Shown here: in pieces, positions 26,161-34,691 of the stretch
Position numbering within the stretch: position 1 is the stretch's first letter
Layout of the letters: each line of letters opens with the position of its first letter
Source: a virus
Strand: one strand, 5' to 3'
DNA: 64,000 nt
IMG/VR virus record: IMGVR_UViG_3300041955_000531
Made by a program: the position numbers and the translations under genes
The notes under the pieces: model-generated
Told to the model about the DNA's origin: nothing
What the model saw: only the letters and a program-made list of their open reading frames with translations
Database searches by the model: none

Positions 26161-26235
26161 TGGTTGGTAGACCTGGACTCGAACCAGGATCTTGGGGTTC
26201 AAGGCCCCACGTGCTACCATTTGCACCACCTACCA
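26161..26235 (-). tRNA. tRNA-Gln(TTG), C33 variant
   Basis: TGGGG-CCTTGAA-CCCCA; CCA. Confidence 0.85.
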
Positions 26236-26238
26236 GTG

Positions 26239-27135
26239 TTACTGTGGCAGGTTGGTTCGTTGCTGGTTTGTATCAGCTGTCCTACCTGGTTCATCTTTCA
26301 TGCGATCAACCAAAGTGGACCTCGTTTCTGGCTTGCCTTTCGACTTCTTACAAATAGCTTCGTACGCGGCCAGAGCGCGATCACGGATGTCTTCATCCGG
26401 ATGCATGTATCCTACTATCTCGAGCGCTTCTCGAGTGTGGTGCCGGAAGTGAATAGGCAGGTTGCCCCACTCCGACGGATACATTTCGAATCTGGTCTCC
26501 AAGTTCATGAACTCTCTGTCCTTCATGTAGTGCGTATCTTCTTTCACGTTCTTCATTACAACCCAACGCAACCAGTGTGTAATTCTTCGGACTTCATCTT
26601 CTGTGGCGATGTCCGATCCGCGCATGGCGCAGAATAAAGCCGACTGCATCTTGCCTGTCAGCTGTAGAACCCAGTCCTGTATTACCCATTCGCCGCGGGC
26701 AATAGGACTGTCATCTTTCAGGCGCTGGATTATATCCACACGATCTTCTGGCAGAATACTCTCGTGCTCTGTCAGATCATGATAGGCCTTCAATGCTTTT
26801 GCCTGGGTCCACTCGTCAGGGTGGAAGAAGGCTATGATAGCCAATGACTGTTTCAGGTGATCGTAGAAGTGTGTCTTCAGACGATCCCATTGCCAAGCAT
26901 CTTGATCCATAAGCGCTTTGATATCAATGAACTCTGTGTCTCTCATGAAATGAGATCTCGGATTGTTCAGCTTGATGCACTGCTTACGGATCCAACGTAC
27001 GACTCTCTTCACTTCTGGTGAATCATCTGAGTCGGCGCCACGGAAAGAGGCAACAAGCTCGGACTGCATACGTCCGGACATGCCGACCTCTTTGATCCAG
27101 TCCTTTAGATTGCACTCGCCTGGCTCGATGATCAT
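26239..27135 (-). CDS. Hypothetical protein with tandem duplicated ~140-aa domain
   Basis: GRMQSELVASFRGAD..HF.DHL..L.II.F.HPD repeated as GKMQSALFCAMRGSD..HF.HH...L.IV.Y.HPD. Confidence 0.8.
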   Translation of the reverse strand: MIIEPGECNLKDWIKEVGMSGRMQSELVASFRGADSDDSPEVKRVVRWIRKQCIKLNNPRSHFMRDTEFIDIKALMDQDAWQWDRLKTHFYDHLKQSLAIIAFFHPDEWTQAKALKAYHDLTEHESILPEDRVDIIQRLKDDSPIARGEWVIQDWVLQLTGKMQSALFCAMRGSDIATEDEVRRITHWLRWVVMKNVKEDTHYMKDREFMNLETRFEMYPSEWGNLPIHFRHHTREALEIVGYMHPDEDIRDRALAAYEAICKKSKGKPETRSTLVDRMKDEPGRTADTNQQRTNLPQ

Positions 27136-27473
27136 ACAACTCTCTCAAAGTATTCTATCGCGAACTTCTGTCTTTCTTCTTCTAGCTCGCGTAGTCGTTC
27201 TTTCTCACGCACTAGAGCCTGGGCTTCTGCTATCTTTACAGGATCATGAAACTCCAGCCAGGCTCGCATGTAACAGTCACAGTAGGGAGTACCATTGTGA
27301 TACTCATCTCCTCTCACTGGGAGCATACTCCCTTCGTGGAAGCGATTATCACCTATATGTGCCGTCGCGTGTATCTCAAATGCTCGTTCCCAGATGGGCG
27401 CTGTTTCCTTACGCGCCTGCTCTGTTGGCAGAGGATATCCCTCACCGAGCACTTCTTTTGGGGTCTCTAACAT
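27132..27473 (-). CDS. Hypothetical protein
   Basis: 113-aa ORF coupled to the next gene. Confidence 0.6.
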   Translation of the reverse strand: MLETPKEVLGEGYPLPTEQARKETAPIWERAFEIHATAHIGDNRFHEGSMLPVRGDEYHNGTPYCDCYMRAWLEFHDPVKIAEAQALVREKERLRELEEERQKFAIEYFERVV

Positions 27474-27489
27474 CTGCCCTCTTTAAATC

Positions 27490-27567
27490 TGGTACCGCGT
27501 CAAGGATTTGAACCTCGGACTTCCTCTTTGTAAGAGAGGCACTCTGACCGGACTGAGTTAACACGGC
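27490..27567 (-). tRNA. tRNA-Val(TAC)
   Basis: CCTCT-CTTACAA-AGAGG; CCA. Confidence 0.92.
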
Positions 27568-27639
27568 ACATAAATCCAAGGCCGACCCCAGATACGGCCG
27601 CCAATGTTGCACTGGGACAGCTGTCGGCACTAATCTCAT

Positions 27640-27710
27640 TGCAGGGTGCTGGAATCGAACCAGCGTCTCCGGTCTTCATGGCCGGTATTCTTCCACTGCA
27701 CCAACCCTAC
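27640..27710 (-). pseudogene. Degenerate tRNA, identity undetermined
   Basis: Good acceptor and T arms; 9-nt anticodon loop CCATGAAGA; no CCA. Confidence 0.6.
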
Positions 27711-27722
27711 GGCCTGCAGAAC

Positions 27723-27920
27723 TTATTTCACCTTGATTTCGGTGACGGGATAGTTGCTGTATGGAGTCTTCTGTACCGCGGCGAAGACGTCGCCAGTAAG
27801 GCGATCGATTACGTGCTTCACTTCGTCACGCGTCAGATCACGTCTCTTGTTGTTCACTTCGATTGTGATCCTGGTACGGGTGTTTCCATCATCTGCGACT
27901 ACTGTTGCGACTCGTTTCAT
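27723..27920 (-). CDS. Hypothetical protein
   Basis: RBS AAGGAG; 65 aa. Confidence 0.6.
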   Translation of the reverse strand: MKRVATVVADDGNTRTRITIEVNNKRRDLTRDEVKHVIDRLTGDVFAAVQKTPYSNYPVTEIKVK

Positions 27921-27936
27921 GGTCGTCTCCTTAAAC

Positions 27937-28009
27937 TGATTGGGGAATCCGGTCTCGGTCCGGAATCTCCCGGTACTATCCGGGGCTTTCGATCTTAAGC
28001 TATTCCCCA
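27937..28009 (-). ncRNA. tRNA-like RNA with non-canonical loops
   Basis: All four stems pair; 6-nt anticodon loop ATAGTA; T loop ACCGAGA; ends ATCA. Confidence 0.6.
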
Positions 28010-28018
28010 GGCTTACAA

Positions 28019-28450
28019 CTATTTCTCACGTGTGTAATGTTGACATTCTTTACACAAGTGATGTAATCCATTGAACTCACTTCTGTTCTTATTGAACTGT
28101 GAAATAGGAAGCATCTTCTTATGCCTACTACACCAGTTCATTCCTTCTGGCCTTTTGATAAAAGGTATGCCTTTTGGTGAATGAGGTCGATCAGGTTTAT
28201 TACAAGCAACATGTGAAAATGCTATGTTATTCAAATCCCAAAAGAGATCTGAACTAATATGTAACCACGGCTTTTTGTGCTCAATAGAAAAGTCTTCGAT
28301 CTTTTCTATTCGTGATCCACACTTGTAACACAGATCCTCATTCAATCTTTGTGCCATTCGAAAGAGCAAACTCTTTCTAAGTTTGGCCATTGCTGTACCA
28401 AACGGCATTCCCAACTGTGATGCCTTCACAGTGTTTGAAGTATTTGGCAT
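28019..28450 (-). CDS. HNH endonuclease
   Basis: CYKCG...SIEHKKPW...NNIAFSHVACN plus C-terminal zinc ribbon. Confidence 0.85.
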   Translation of the reverse strand: MPNTSNTVKASQLGMPFGTAMAKLRKSLLFRMAQRLNEDLCYKCGSRIEKIEDFSIEHKKPWLHISSDLFWDLNNIAFSHVACNKPDRPHSPKGIPFIKRPEGMNWCSRHKKMLPISQFNKNRSEFNGLHHLCKECQHYTREK

Positions 28451-28471
28451 GGATACCCTCCTGCCTTTTAC

Positions 28472-28557
28472 TTGCGGAGGCTGGATTTGAACCAGCGGTG
28501 CCCTTTCGGTTCCAGTTTATGAGACTGGCGACATCGGCCTGACTAGTCGACCCCGCA
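28472..28557 (-). tRNA. tRNA with CAT anticodon (Met-like), long variable arm, no CCA
   Basis: CCAGT-CTCATAA-ACTGG; fMet-like acceptor TGCGGGG/CTCCGCA. Confidence 0.75.
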
Positions 28558-28572
28558 ACAGAAAATGAAAAT

Positions 28573-28817
28573 GAAATGAACGGCGTGGATTCCCGTCTCC
28601 ACCACGCAATAGCCTTTTCTCAACCGACGGCCACGGGTTCCGTTGAGTACTGCCCGTGTAGAGCAGCCCGCTTTATCCCCGCGCGTTTACTTTCTCCCGC
28701 CTTGACGCCAGCCCTGAATCAACCTCGCTTGACCGTCCCCTACGGGGCGCAGACATCACGAGGGCCCTGCTGACGTTATTATATAGCAAGAGCGTCCTAT
28801 TCCGCCACGTTCATTTC
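28573..28817 (-). ncRNA. tRNA-shaped ~245-nt RNA with giant variable region
   Basis: 10-bp terminal stem GAAATGAACG/CGTTCATTTC; D-like arm GCG-GAATAGGA-CGC; T-like arm GCGTGG/CCACGC. Confidence 0.6.
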
Positions 28818-28928
28818 GGAGGGCTCATGACAGGATGCGATCCTAACTCATATCCCTCGTTGCCGCGTCTAGTTCGCGGCCATTACCCTCCATCGACAGG
28901 CATTGACGCCTGCTGGAGGGGATTACGA

Positions 28929-29150
28929 TTAAAGCTTTGCCTTGATCTTCGAGATCTCGGCGAGAACCCAGGTCTTGGCGATAGCTACATCAGCCAGGCC
29001 CTTGCTCTCGAGAACAGCCAGGTCAGTCTTGAGCTCAGCTAACAGCTTCTCCGGCTCACCGATGCCCAACTTCACACCAGCGTAGAAACCGCCGCAGAAT
29101 ACTGCGAGCTCTGCAACTGCTACTAATACAAAAACTCCTAAAGTAACCAT
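28929..29150 (-). CDS. Small membrane protein
   Basis: RBS GGAGGA; N-terminal TM helix. Confidence 0.6.
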   Translation of the reverse strand: MVTLGVFVLVAVAELAVFCGGFYAGVKLGIGEPEKLLAELKTDLAVLESKGLADVAIAKTWVLAEISKIKAKL

Positions 29151-29166
29151 TTGATCTTGTTCCTCC

Positions 29167-29634
29167 TTAAGGAATGTAAGACTTTGTTCTTGAGGGCTCT
29201 GTGCCCAGGTAAACCTTCCGACCTCTGTAAATAGCCACGGGCCTGATATTAGTATAACACGAACTCTCATTGAACAGCAGCTCTAGGCACTTGCCTGGCG
29301 AGCCATACTGATCCAAAGGAGGCTTACTAGCATCGGCACTGAATAACATACTATCACACTTTGTGCTTAAGTCAAAGAGTATAGTCCGGGCTGCTCTTAT
29401 ACCAGCCTGGGCATCATCACAGGTGCCAAGAACGTCTACAAAGACGTGCCAAGTGTCCACCCAGACTCCGAGATCGGAGGGTGGCGGACAAACATATTGA
29501 TTAGAGGGGAGGTCGAAGTCGACCACTGAGCAGTCTGGCTGTAAGGATAACAGCGGTTGCACAAGCTTAATCAGCTCGTCCTTACTGTGAGCCTTTGGGA
29601 GGCTCCAACCATTGCAGGATGGCTTCAAGGTCAA
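29167..29634 (-). CDS. Hypothetical protein
   Basis: 155-aa ORF. Confidence 0.45.
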   Translation of the reverse strand: MTLKPSCNGWSLPKAHSKDELIKLVQPLLSLQPDCSVVDFDLPSNQYVCPPPSDLGVWVDTWHVFVDVLGTCDDAQAGIRAARTILFDLSTKCDSMLFSADASKPPLDQYGSPGKCLELLFNESSCYTNIRPVAIYRGRKVYLGTEPSRTKSYIP

Positions 29635-29736
29635 TCTCCAGACCTTTGTCGCTCAGCGCGCCCGGGAAGGGCATCCAAGGCCTATTCTACGCTGGGTCTA
29701 GAGAGGACCTTGGGGCCCTCTATCCCCTAAGTCCTA

Positions 29737-30876
29737 TTATAACAGAGATCGTATGTCCGCCAGGGCTTGCTTTACTGCTGCCAACTGGCCGGCCTGATAC
29801 GGTCCTGCTGTATTCAACTGCTGGTACTGTACTGCCAAGATATTCTGTAGCAAGTTCAAGTCGGCCACCGTCAGGGTCCCGTTCTGCATGTGGGCCACCG
29901 CCGTTTGGATCGCTGTTTGTTGAGTAGTTTCAAATGGTGAAGCCACGCCTTTGATCAAACCAAGGAAGAAGTTCGATATGAAAGTGACATCTGCTGCTGC
30001 GACCGAACCTACTTGAATCGTTGCTGTAGTGGTAAGGGTGCCTACTTCATCTGATGCGGCCGTTATCACTGTCAAGCCAGGTGCTACTGCTGTGACCAGT
30101 CCTGTGTGAGCTCCAACAGTTGCAACACCTGTGACCGAAGAAGACCAATCTGTTACGTTGGTCGTGCCGCCGGTGACCACGCCACCAGCAAGCAGTAATG
30201 TCTGTCCAGCTTCATCGATCTGTGCGCTGGATGGGCTGATAGCAGAGATCGCGAGGATCTTGTATACCGCGGAGCCTACAGCACTATCCAAATAAGTAGC
30301 CGTGCTGTCATAAGCAAGGGCTTTCAGAGTAAGACCGTGTGGTACTTGAACTGTAGTCGCAGCCAGTATTTTGAAGGTGCTTGGGCCAGCTACACCACCT
30401 ACTTCAGTAGGAGTGGTGCCATCAACCGAATAAAAGAAATGAGTTGCATTGGCACTGGTAAGAGTTACTGTCTGTGTTCCAGCGTACAGCCCGGCAACAG
30501 GACTAAACGTCGGTGTGGCCAAAGATGATTGTGTCCCAACGAAGTTGCATGCAAGATCAGTAGTTGTCTCTACTATGTTGACTGGGACAAATGTCCAGCC
30601 AGTCTTGGTTGGTGTTACAGTGACGGTGCCTGTGAGGCCGCCGAAACTGAAAGTTCCAGGTGCGCCTGTGGTTGCACTTGTTTGACCTGTGCAAGCAACT
30701 GTGACACCTGAGATCGGGTTGGTACTGCCGTCAACAATGGTTCCGGAAACGGTATAACCCACAGCCAAATCAACGGGACCAGAATACTGGTAAGAGTCCT
30801 CAGATACAGGAAGATAGACAGCAGGATTGTCTGTCATCTGGACGACTTTCTTGGTGATTACCTTCATGTTAGTCAT
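29737..30876 (-). CDS. Ig-like (Big_2) and FN3/chitobiase-type domain protein, probable virion decoration
   Basis: TPTFSPVAGLY...YSVDGTTPT; WSSSVTGVATV...GLVTAVAPG. Confidence 0.8.
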   Translation of the reverse strand: MTNMKVITKKVVQMTDNPAVYLPVSEDSYQYSGPVDLAVGYTVSGTIVDGSTNPISGVTVACTGQTSATTGAPGTFSFGGLTGTVTVTPTKTGWTFVPVNIVETTTDLACNFVGTQSSLATPTFSPVAGLYAGTQTVTLTSANATHFFYSVDGTTPTEVGGVAGPSTFKILAATTVQVPHGLTLKALAYDSTATYLDSAVGSAVYKILAISAISPSSAQIDEAGQTLLLAGGVVTGGTTNVTDWSSSVTGVATVGAHTGLVTAVAPGLTVITAASDEVGTLTTTATIQVGSVAAADVTFISNFFLGLIKGVASPFETTQQTAIQTAVAHMQNGTLTVADLNLLQNILAVQYQQLNTAGPYQAGQLAAVKQALADIRSLL

Positions 30877-30888
30877 CGGGCTATGTCC

Positions 30889-32040
30889 TCAAGAGCTGAT
30901 TAGTATAGCAGGCGCTGGGGTTGGCACAGGGACCTTAAACTTGGACTTCAGGAACTGAAGGATGTCGTTATGGATCCGTTGAACCTGGTTGATTGACATC
31001 TTCATGGTCTCGGAGATCTGCTTCCAGGGCATCTCCTGGACATAGTACAGGTAGATCAGATGTCTTTCTCTATAGGTCATGTTGGCAAATAGAGGATCTG
31101 TTGTGCCTTCTACCCAGGCCGGCGTGATGGCAGACAGGTCTAAACACTTTGTTACCATCGACATGTCAGCCGCCCAGGAATGACCACTACCGTCTGTGAG
31201 ATCACCATCTGCATGGGGAACATCGCCGGTGTAGTCCATATCTTCTCCGCCCGCGGTTCGATGCTCGAGTTGGAGCATCTTCTCCCACGCGCGCGCTTCG
31301 AGAGTCTTCATCTGTTCATCGATATGTTCCTGTAAGTAGTAACGGAACCATGTCTGAACAAAGTATACGAAGCCGATCGGACCTGAAGAAAGGAACTCTT
31401 TGCTTGGTGGCCACTGTTCAGTGGTCTGGTATCCGATTAGCTTCTTGCCGGCGCCGCGGATGGCATGGATGTAGCCCTTCCGCGCGAGCAAACGAACAGA
31501 GCCAGTTGGATCGTACTTCACTCTCTTCTGGATCTGATCAAGTGTAATGTGCTTGTTCTTCTTGAGCTGGCCGATGAGCTTGACGATCTCTTTGATCTTG
31601 TCGACATAGCTGGGATCATACTTCTTGATGCAGCGGAGGAGCAACGTATTCAGGACGTCATAGACGTCCGTTGCTGTGTGCTGTGGGAATGCCAAGTGCA
31701 AATGCTTTGCCACCCGGGCAAAGGCAGACTTGGCTTGCTCTTGTGTATCCAAGGGCTCGCTGGCTGGTAGGAAATACTTGAGGAAGCGACGCGTATCTCC
31801 ATTGAAATAGTGTTGCTGCGGGAGGTGCCCGGCTACAATCAAGTCAGTATACTTATAGACATAACCATGGAAGTACTTAACTAGCTCGAGGAGTTTATCT
31901 TCCTTGTCTTGGCTATCGTGCATCAACGCATAGTCGATGCCCGCCTGGTTGACGATCTGCAGATCGTTGAACTCACTATCTTTAGGTAGCGGCCACTTGG
32001 CTGCATAGTGAGTGTTGTCTAAGGTTACGTTGTTTGACAT
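30889..32040 (-). CDS. Phage RNA polymerase sigma-factor-like protein
   Basis: C-terminal region-4-like HTH (MTYRERHLIYLYYVQEMPWKQISETMKMSINQV); region-2-like IKKYDP..FVYF. Confidence 0.65.
   Translation of the reverse strand: MSNNVTLDNTHYAAKWPLPKDSEFNDLQIVNQAGIDYALMHDSQDKEDKLLELVKYFHGYVYKYTDLIVAGHLPQQHYFNGDTRRFLKYFLPASEPLDTQEQAKSAFARVAKHLHLAFPQHTATDVYDVLNTLLLRCIKKYDPSYVDKIKEIVKLIGQLKKNKHITLDQIQKRVKYDPTGSVRLLARKGYIHAIRGAGKKLIGYQTTEQWPPSKEFLSSGPIGFVYFVQTWFRYYLQEHIDEQMKTLEARAWEKMLQLEHRTAGGEDMDYTGDVPHADGDLTDGSGHSWAADMSMVTKCLDLSAITPAWVEGTTDPLFANMTYRERHLIYLYYVQEMPWKQISETMKMSINQVQRIHNDILQFLKSKFKVPVPTPAPAILISS
30896..30908 (-). promoter_or_regulatory. Conserved phage promoter motif (TGc)TATACTAATCAG
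   Basis: Exact motif 20 nt upstream of the 30876 start. Confidence 0.7.
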
Positions 32041-32624
32041 TGTTTTTCCAGTTGTTTCAAAGCTTCTTTTTGATAGGTCGTAACATCGGTATCCCAACCG
32101 ATAATAGAACGACCCATACGAGAAAGCCCATAGGCGTCACATATGTTGTCATCACTAAACTCCTGTCCCCAGAGCTTGTATGTCTTGAGGAGCATTACAT
32201 TCTTGTCTATGTTGCCGGCGCCACCCACGAACTTCTTCAGGACAGTCGGCGGCACAAGAATGTAAGGTATCTCTTCTGTCCAGAGCCAGTGCCTAACGAT
32301 GTAGCCCAAGCCGGCGATCTGAAACAGGGACGATCCTTTGCTGGCAAATGAGAAGTCTTCCATTACCACCAGGATCTCACTCGGTAGCCATCCATTAGGC
32401 AGCTCAATGATGTTCATGATCTGCTTGAGGATAGTATCCATGCGATCCAAGCCAACCAGCTTGTCTGTATCGATGAGACCAGAGTCCCACTGATACTCGG
32501 ATCCCCAGCGAACCCAGCCAGTCCCAGTAAGCGACAGGTCTAAACCCAATACTCGCTTAGCTTTGGGAAAACTGAGACAGGTCGACACTTCCGAGTTCTT
32601 CTCTGCTTTCTTTGGTTTTGCCAT
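32025..32624 (-). CDS. ruvC: RuvC-like Holliday junction resolvase
   Basis: VLGLDLSLTGTG, VVMED, LKKFVGG.GN..K and DNICDAY motifs. Confidence 0.85.
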   Translation of the reverse strand: MAKPKKAEKNSEVSTCLSFPKAKRVLGLDLSLTGTGWVRWGSEYQWDSGLIDTDKLVGLDRMDTILKQIMNIIELPNGWLPSEILVVMEDFSFASKGSSLFQIAGLGYIVRHWLWTEEIPYILVPPTVLKKFVGGAGNIDKNVMLLKTYKLWGQEFSDDNICDAYGLSRMGRSIIGWDTDVTTYQKEALKQLEKQCQTT

Positions 32625-33015
32625 CTCTCATCGCCTCTAGTAAACGTATGATCTCTACCAGGTTCTGGAAGTATATATCCGAGGTGATCAATCTAGCCCC
32701 GCCTAGGGTAGGACGTCCACTAGTTTTCCAGTTGTCAGACCATCTCTGAAAGTCCCATGTCACCGGCCAATCAGGAACTTTCGCTTTCAATATCTTCGTA
32801 AGGCATTCCAGATCACTCTTGAGCCAAGCCACGTCATTGGCATAGCGTGTAGGTTTATCTATCTCTTGTGGCGACGGACCCATCTCCCCAGGCTTCGTCA
32901 GATACTTACCTGTGGCGGACACTTTACCCCTGTGATAGTTCCACGCCCAGCGAACGAGAGTATACAATACCCTATCACACTGTCCATGGATCCAAAGAGG
33001 ATCTGGTTTTGCCAT
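32557..33015 (-). CDS. Hypothetical protein
   Basis: MAKPDP... after RBS GGAGG. Confidence 0.55.
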   Translation of the reverse strand: MAKPDPLWIHGQCDRVLYTLVRWAWNYHRGKVSATGKYLTKPGEMGPSPQEIDKPTRYANDVAWLKSDLECLTKILKAKVPDWPVTWDFQRWSDNWKTSGRPTLGGARLITSDIYFQNLVEIIRLLEAMRDGKTKESREELGSVDLSQFSQS

Positions 33016-33016
33016 A

Positions 33017-33595
33017 TTAGACCTCCGGTTCTTTGTAATCAGGCGGTTCAAGAGTAACCAGCCTCATAGTGGTGGGGTGGAGGATTGTGATCGGCTTAGC
33101 GGCTTTCTTGGCTAGTCTCACACAAGAGCCCGTTCCGCCCCAAGAGCGATCCCAGACAGCAAAGATGTGCGTAGAACAGTCTACAATAGCCTGATTACGC
33201 TTCTGCATCTGCTGGAGCTCGGGTTTATACGACTGAGTGCTCACGTATTCGACAGACCCGTGGGCCTGCATAATACGATCTAGCAACTCAGCGTACTTCT
33301 TCTTGGATTCCTCAGGCCACATAGCATCCTGGCCCGCACAAGGGATCAACGCAAGAATGTTGATGCCTCTATCTAAGGCTACTTCCGCAGCCCACTGATC
33401 TACACCCAGGGCCATGCCCGAAACGACGCAGCTAGGGTTAGACTGAGCATAAATCGTTCTCAGTATAGCCTTAATGGCTGTCGACCGGTTCGTAGCATCG
33501 TTATATCCGCCTAGTTTATTAGGCCGATGCCCTGTGATTCCCAGTACCATATCAGGCGACAACGGTAGAACTGGTCCTTTCATCAGATACTGCAT
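33017..33595 (-). CDS. SLOG superfamily protein (YspA/DUF1273-like)
   Basis: ITGHRP, SGMALGVDQWAA, RNQAIVD and GGT motifs. Confidence 0.85.
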   Translation of the reverse strand: MQYLMKGPVLPLSPDMVLGITGHRPNKLGGYNDATNRSTAIKAILRTIYAQSNPSCVVSGMALGVDQWAAEVALDRGINILALIPCAGQDAMWPEESKKKYAELLDRIMQAHGSVEYVSTQSYKPELQQMQKRNQAIVDCSTHIFAVWDRSWGGTGSCVRLAKKAAKPITILHPTTMRLVTLEPPDYKEPEV

Positions 33596-34175
33596 GTGTC
33601 CTACTATACTCGAGGCATCTCCGCGCGCGGGCAACAAAATCCCACTGGGCTAGATCCCCTTCGTGAATCCCCCAAGCATGAACTTTATACTTGGAGAGAT
33701 ATTCCTTCAGTCGATCGATGTCTTTGTTGATATGTTTATACCAACCATTTTTGATTCCATCGTCGACCAATCCTGGAGGGCCGATCAGAGCTGCCTCAGC
33801 ACAGAGGGCTCGTATATCGGCTTGCTTGATAACATGATGAGCATAAGGTGTAGGTATGGGCAGATCGAAGTGCTTCCAGATCCGCTCTTCCAGCATGTCT
33901 TCAACACCACGCATCTCATCTGATTTGAATGGCTTAGGGATATCACCCACACACGACTCCGTCCCATCATGAAGAAGGGCTGGGAACTCGAATAGAGGGC
34001 ACCCCATCTCAACTACAATGTCGGCGACCAACATAGAGTGGATACCAACCGTATAGTTGACACGGCAAGCTCCCGCATAGCGACATACATGCAGGAGCTG
34101 CCAGGCAATATCTTCCAGGATCGGAGAGCCACCTTCTGGAGTGACTTTCTGTCCTGTGTAAGTAAGGTAAGCCAT
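33552..34175 (-). CDS. HD-domain 5'-deoxynucleotidase-like protein
   Basis: DIA..L...CRYAG...YTVG.HS...LLHD..E..VGDIPKP.K. Confidence 0.85.
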   Translation of the reverse strand: MAYLTYTGQKVTPEGGSPILEDIAWQLLHVCRYAGACRVNYTVGIHSMLVADIVVEMGCPLFEFPALLHDGTESCVGDIPKPFKSDEMRGVEDMLEERIWKHFDLPIPTPYAHHVIKQADIRALCAEAALIGPPGLVDDGIKNGWYKHINKDIDRLKEYLSKYKVHAWGIHEGDLAQWDFVARARRCLEYSRTHAVSDERTSSTVVA

Positions 34176-34177
34176 GA

Positions 34178-34372
34178 TTACTCCGGTGCTTTCTCGACCG
34201 GAATACCCCAGACGTCACCAACAGCATCCTGCATGACGACATAAGGAGTCCCAGTTGCGATGACCCAGGTCTGATCTTCCGTTGGGTCTATGCAGTGAAA
34301 GATATCACCGAGCTTCAGATCCTGCATCAGCACAGGAGTTCCATCTTTCTTTTCGAACGTCTTTCTTTCCAT
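34178..34372 (-). CDS. Hypothetical protein
   Basis: 64-aa ORF in operon. Confidence 0.55.
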   Translation of the reverse strand: MERKTFEKKDGTPVLMQDLKLGDIFHCIDPTEDQTWVIATGTPYVVMQDAVGDVWGIPVEKAPE

Positions 34373-34376
34373 GTTC

Positions 34377-34682
34377 TTAGCGCAAACCTTCGGTCAACAA
34401 TCGACCAGATTCACCTGCGCGCTCCAATATACGAACTGCAATCGCAGCAATCTTGGCGACTTGCTGAAGTGCCGGCAGACTATCTGCCTTACGATCGTTA
34501 GTCCAGGCATCTTCAGCCTTGCGGACATAAGTCGAAAGCATCATGATACCTACAGCACATTCCTTATCGCGCTCGGCGCGCGTTAGACCACTACTCGTCA
34601 CCTTATTTGGATCAAAAGTTGTGTCCTGATAGTCGCGTTCGTCATTAACGATCTTAAGAGCTTGTTCACGTGTTAGGGCCAC
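34377..34682 (-). CDS. MazG-like all-alpha NTP pyrophosphatase-like protein
   Basis: ER.YQD...KIAAIAVRILE pattern. Confidence 0.5.
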   Translation of the reverse strand: MALTREQALKIVNDERDYQDTTFDPNKVTSSGLTRAERDKECAVGIMMLSTYVRKAEDAWTNDRKADSLPALQQVAKIAAIAVRILERAGESGRLLTEGLR

Positions 34683-34691
34683 GGTTCCTCC

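Noticed and set aside
28019-28450. Break-and-replace cassette at this HNH gene
   Set aside because: No duplicated stub could be identified on either side; only the missing CCA of the upstream tRNA is suggestive.
33552-34175. DatZ and a Z-base (2-aminoadenine) genome
   Set aside because: No PurZ-like gene in the window; the HD nucleotidase alone is not diagnostic.
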